From: Candidatus Bathyarchaeota archaeon
GTDB lineage: Archaea > Thermoproteota > Bathyarchaeia > TCS64
Reading direction: 5' to 3'
Assembly: GCA_043826455.1 (NCBI GenBank)
Contig: JBDRQD010000015.1
Coordinates: 233,353 to 297,352, forward strand
Length of the DNA stretch: 64,000 nt
Notes under the pieces: generated by a model
Database searches by the model: none
The model's input: the letters and a program-made list of their open reading frames with translations, nothing else
What the model was told of the DNA's origin: nothing
Made by a program: the position numbers and the translations under genes
Shown: positions 63,560 through 64,000 of the stretch, one piece after another
Numbering within the stretch: position 1 is the first letter of the stretch
Layout: every line of letters starts with the position of its first letter

Positions 63560-63898
63560 CCCATTTTTACCTCCTTGACCAAGCAACATCCATCTGTTTA
63601 TAAAGAGATTATGCATGCATATTTTATATCGGCTGTAAGTAACAATAACATAGTGTTATAGACACCATATTACTGTCATCATGTTAACGATATAGATCAA
63701 TGATGCATTTTAATTAGTGGAATACTATGTTTTTTAGCTATACGCACCACAACAACCAATACATTAATCAGAAAACGCACTAACACCTAGGTCCGAAGCC
63801 GTCACGCGACTCGGCTGACAGAGGATCATACTCACCATGGAAGCATGGTGAAACACAATGAAGAATAGCACGTAATAAAAGATGGAATTTTTTTCCGC

Positions 63899-63923
63899 CT
63901 TATACCCTCTAGGAGGGTATAAG
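63899..63923. repeat. Perfect 11-bp inverted repeat
   Basis: CTTATACCCTC-TAG-GAGGGTATAAG. Confidence 0.8.
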
Positions 63924-64000
63924 ACACCCAGCGAAACGATACACGCACCACGCCAGCGCAGAAGCCCCAGAGAGGGGGGAGGGGGTAGAGCAAGAAAAAC

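Noticed and set aside
1..64000. CRISPR arrays, rRNA, IS elements, integrases, proviral or defence genes
   Set aside because: No regularly spaced direct repeats, rRNA-like tracts, or transposase/integrase/capsid motifs were recognised by eye.

Overview
Gene-dense, GC-rich archaeal chromosomal segment, most consistent with Bathyarchaeia or another TACK lineage. The assignment is an inference from TFB, a eukaryote-like topoisomerase IB, a tungsten-type AOR with MoaD/SAMP, class III-signal pilins and TATA/BRE promoters. The window is dominated by solute transporters (8 MFS genes, TauE, CPA1, ClC, an ECF S component) and cytosolic hydrolases/oxidoreductases (M14, M20, amidohydrolase-3, two SxxK serine hydrolases, two aldo-keto reductases). 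It also holds sucCD, a NifB/NifX-MinD(4Fe-4S)-Mrp metal-cluster gene block and a type IV pilus operon. I found no rRNA, canonical tRNA, CRISPR array or transposase. The best candidate for an undescribed system is a tightly coupled four-gene membrane operon (7450-10410, DUF6754-like plus three unknowns). It has no ATPase or recognisable transporter domain, two of its subunits look like opposite-topology paralogues, and it is divergent from a cytosolic M14 peptidase. Other highlights: a prenol kinase-like gene coupled to a degenerate Tmk-like gene, a 73-nt intergenic fold ending in a 12-bp stem plus GCCA, triple palindromic operators at the DUF134 promoter, DtxR-type boxes, a Cys-to-His change in the AOR Fe-S motif, and a probable ATA start codon. 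Family names are from recall of motifs; no database search was run.
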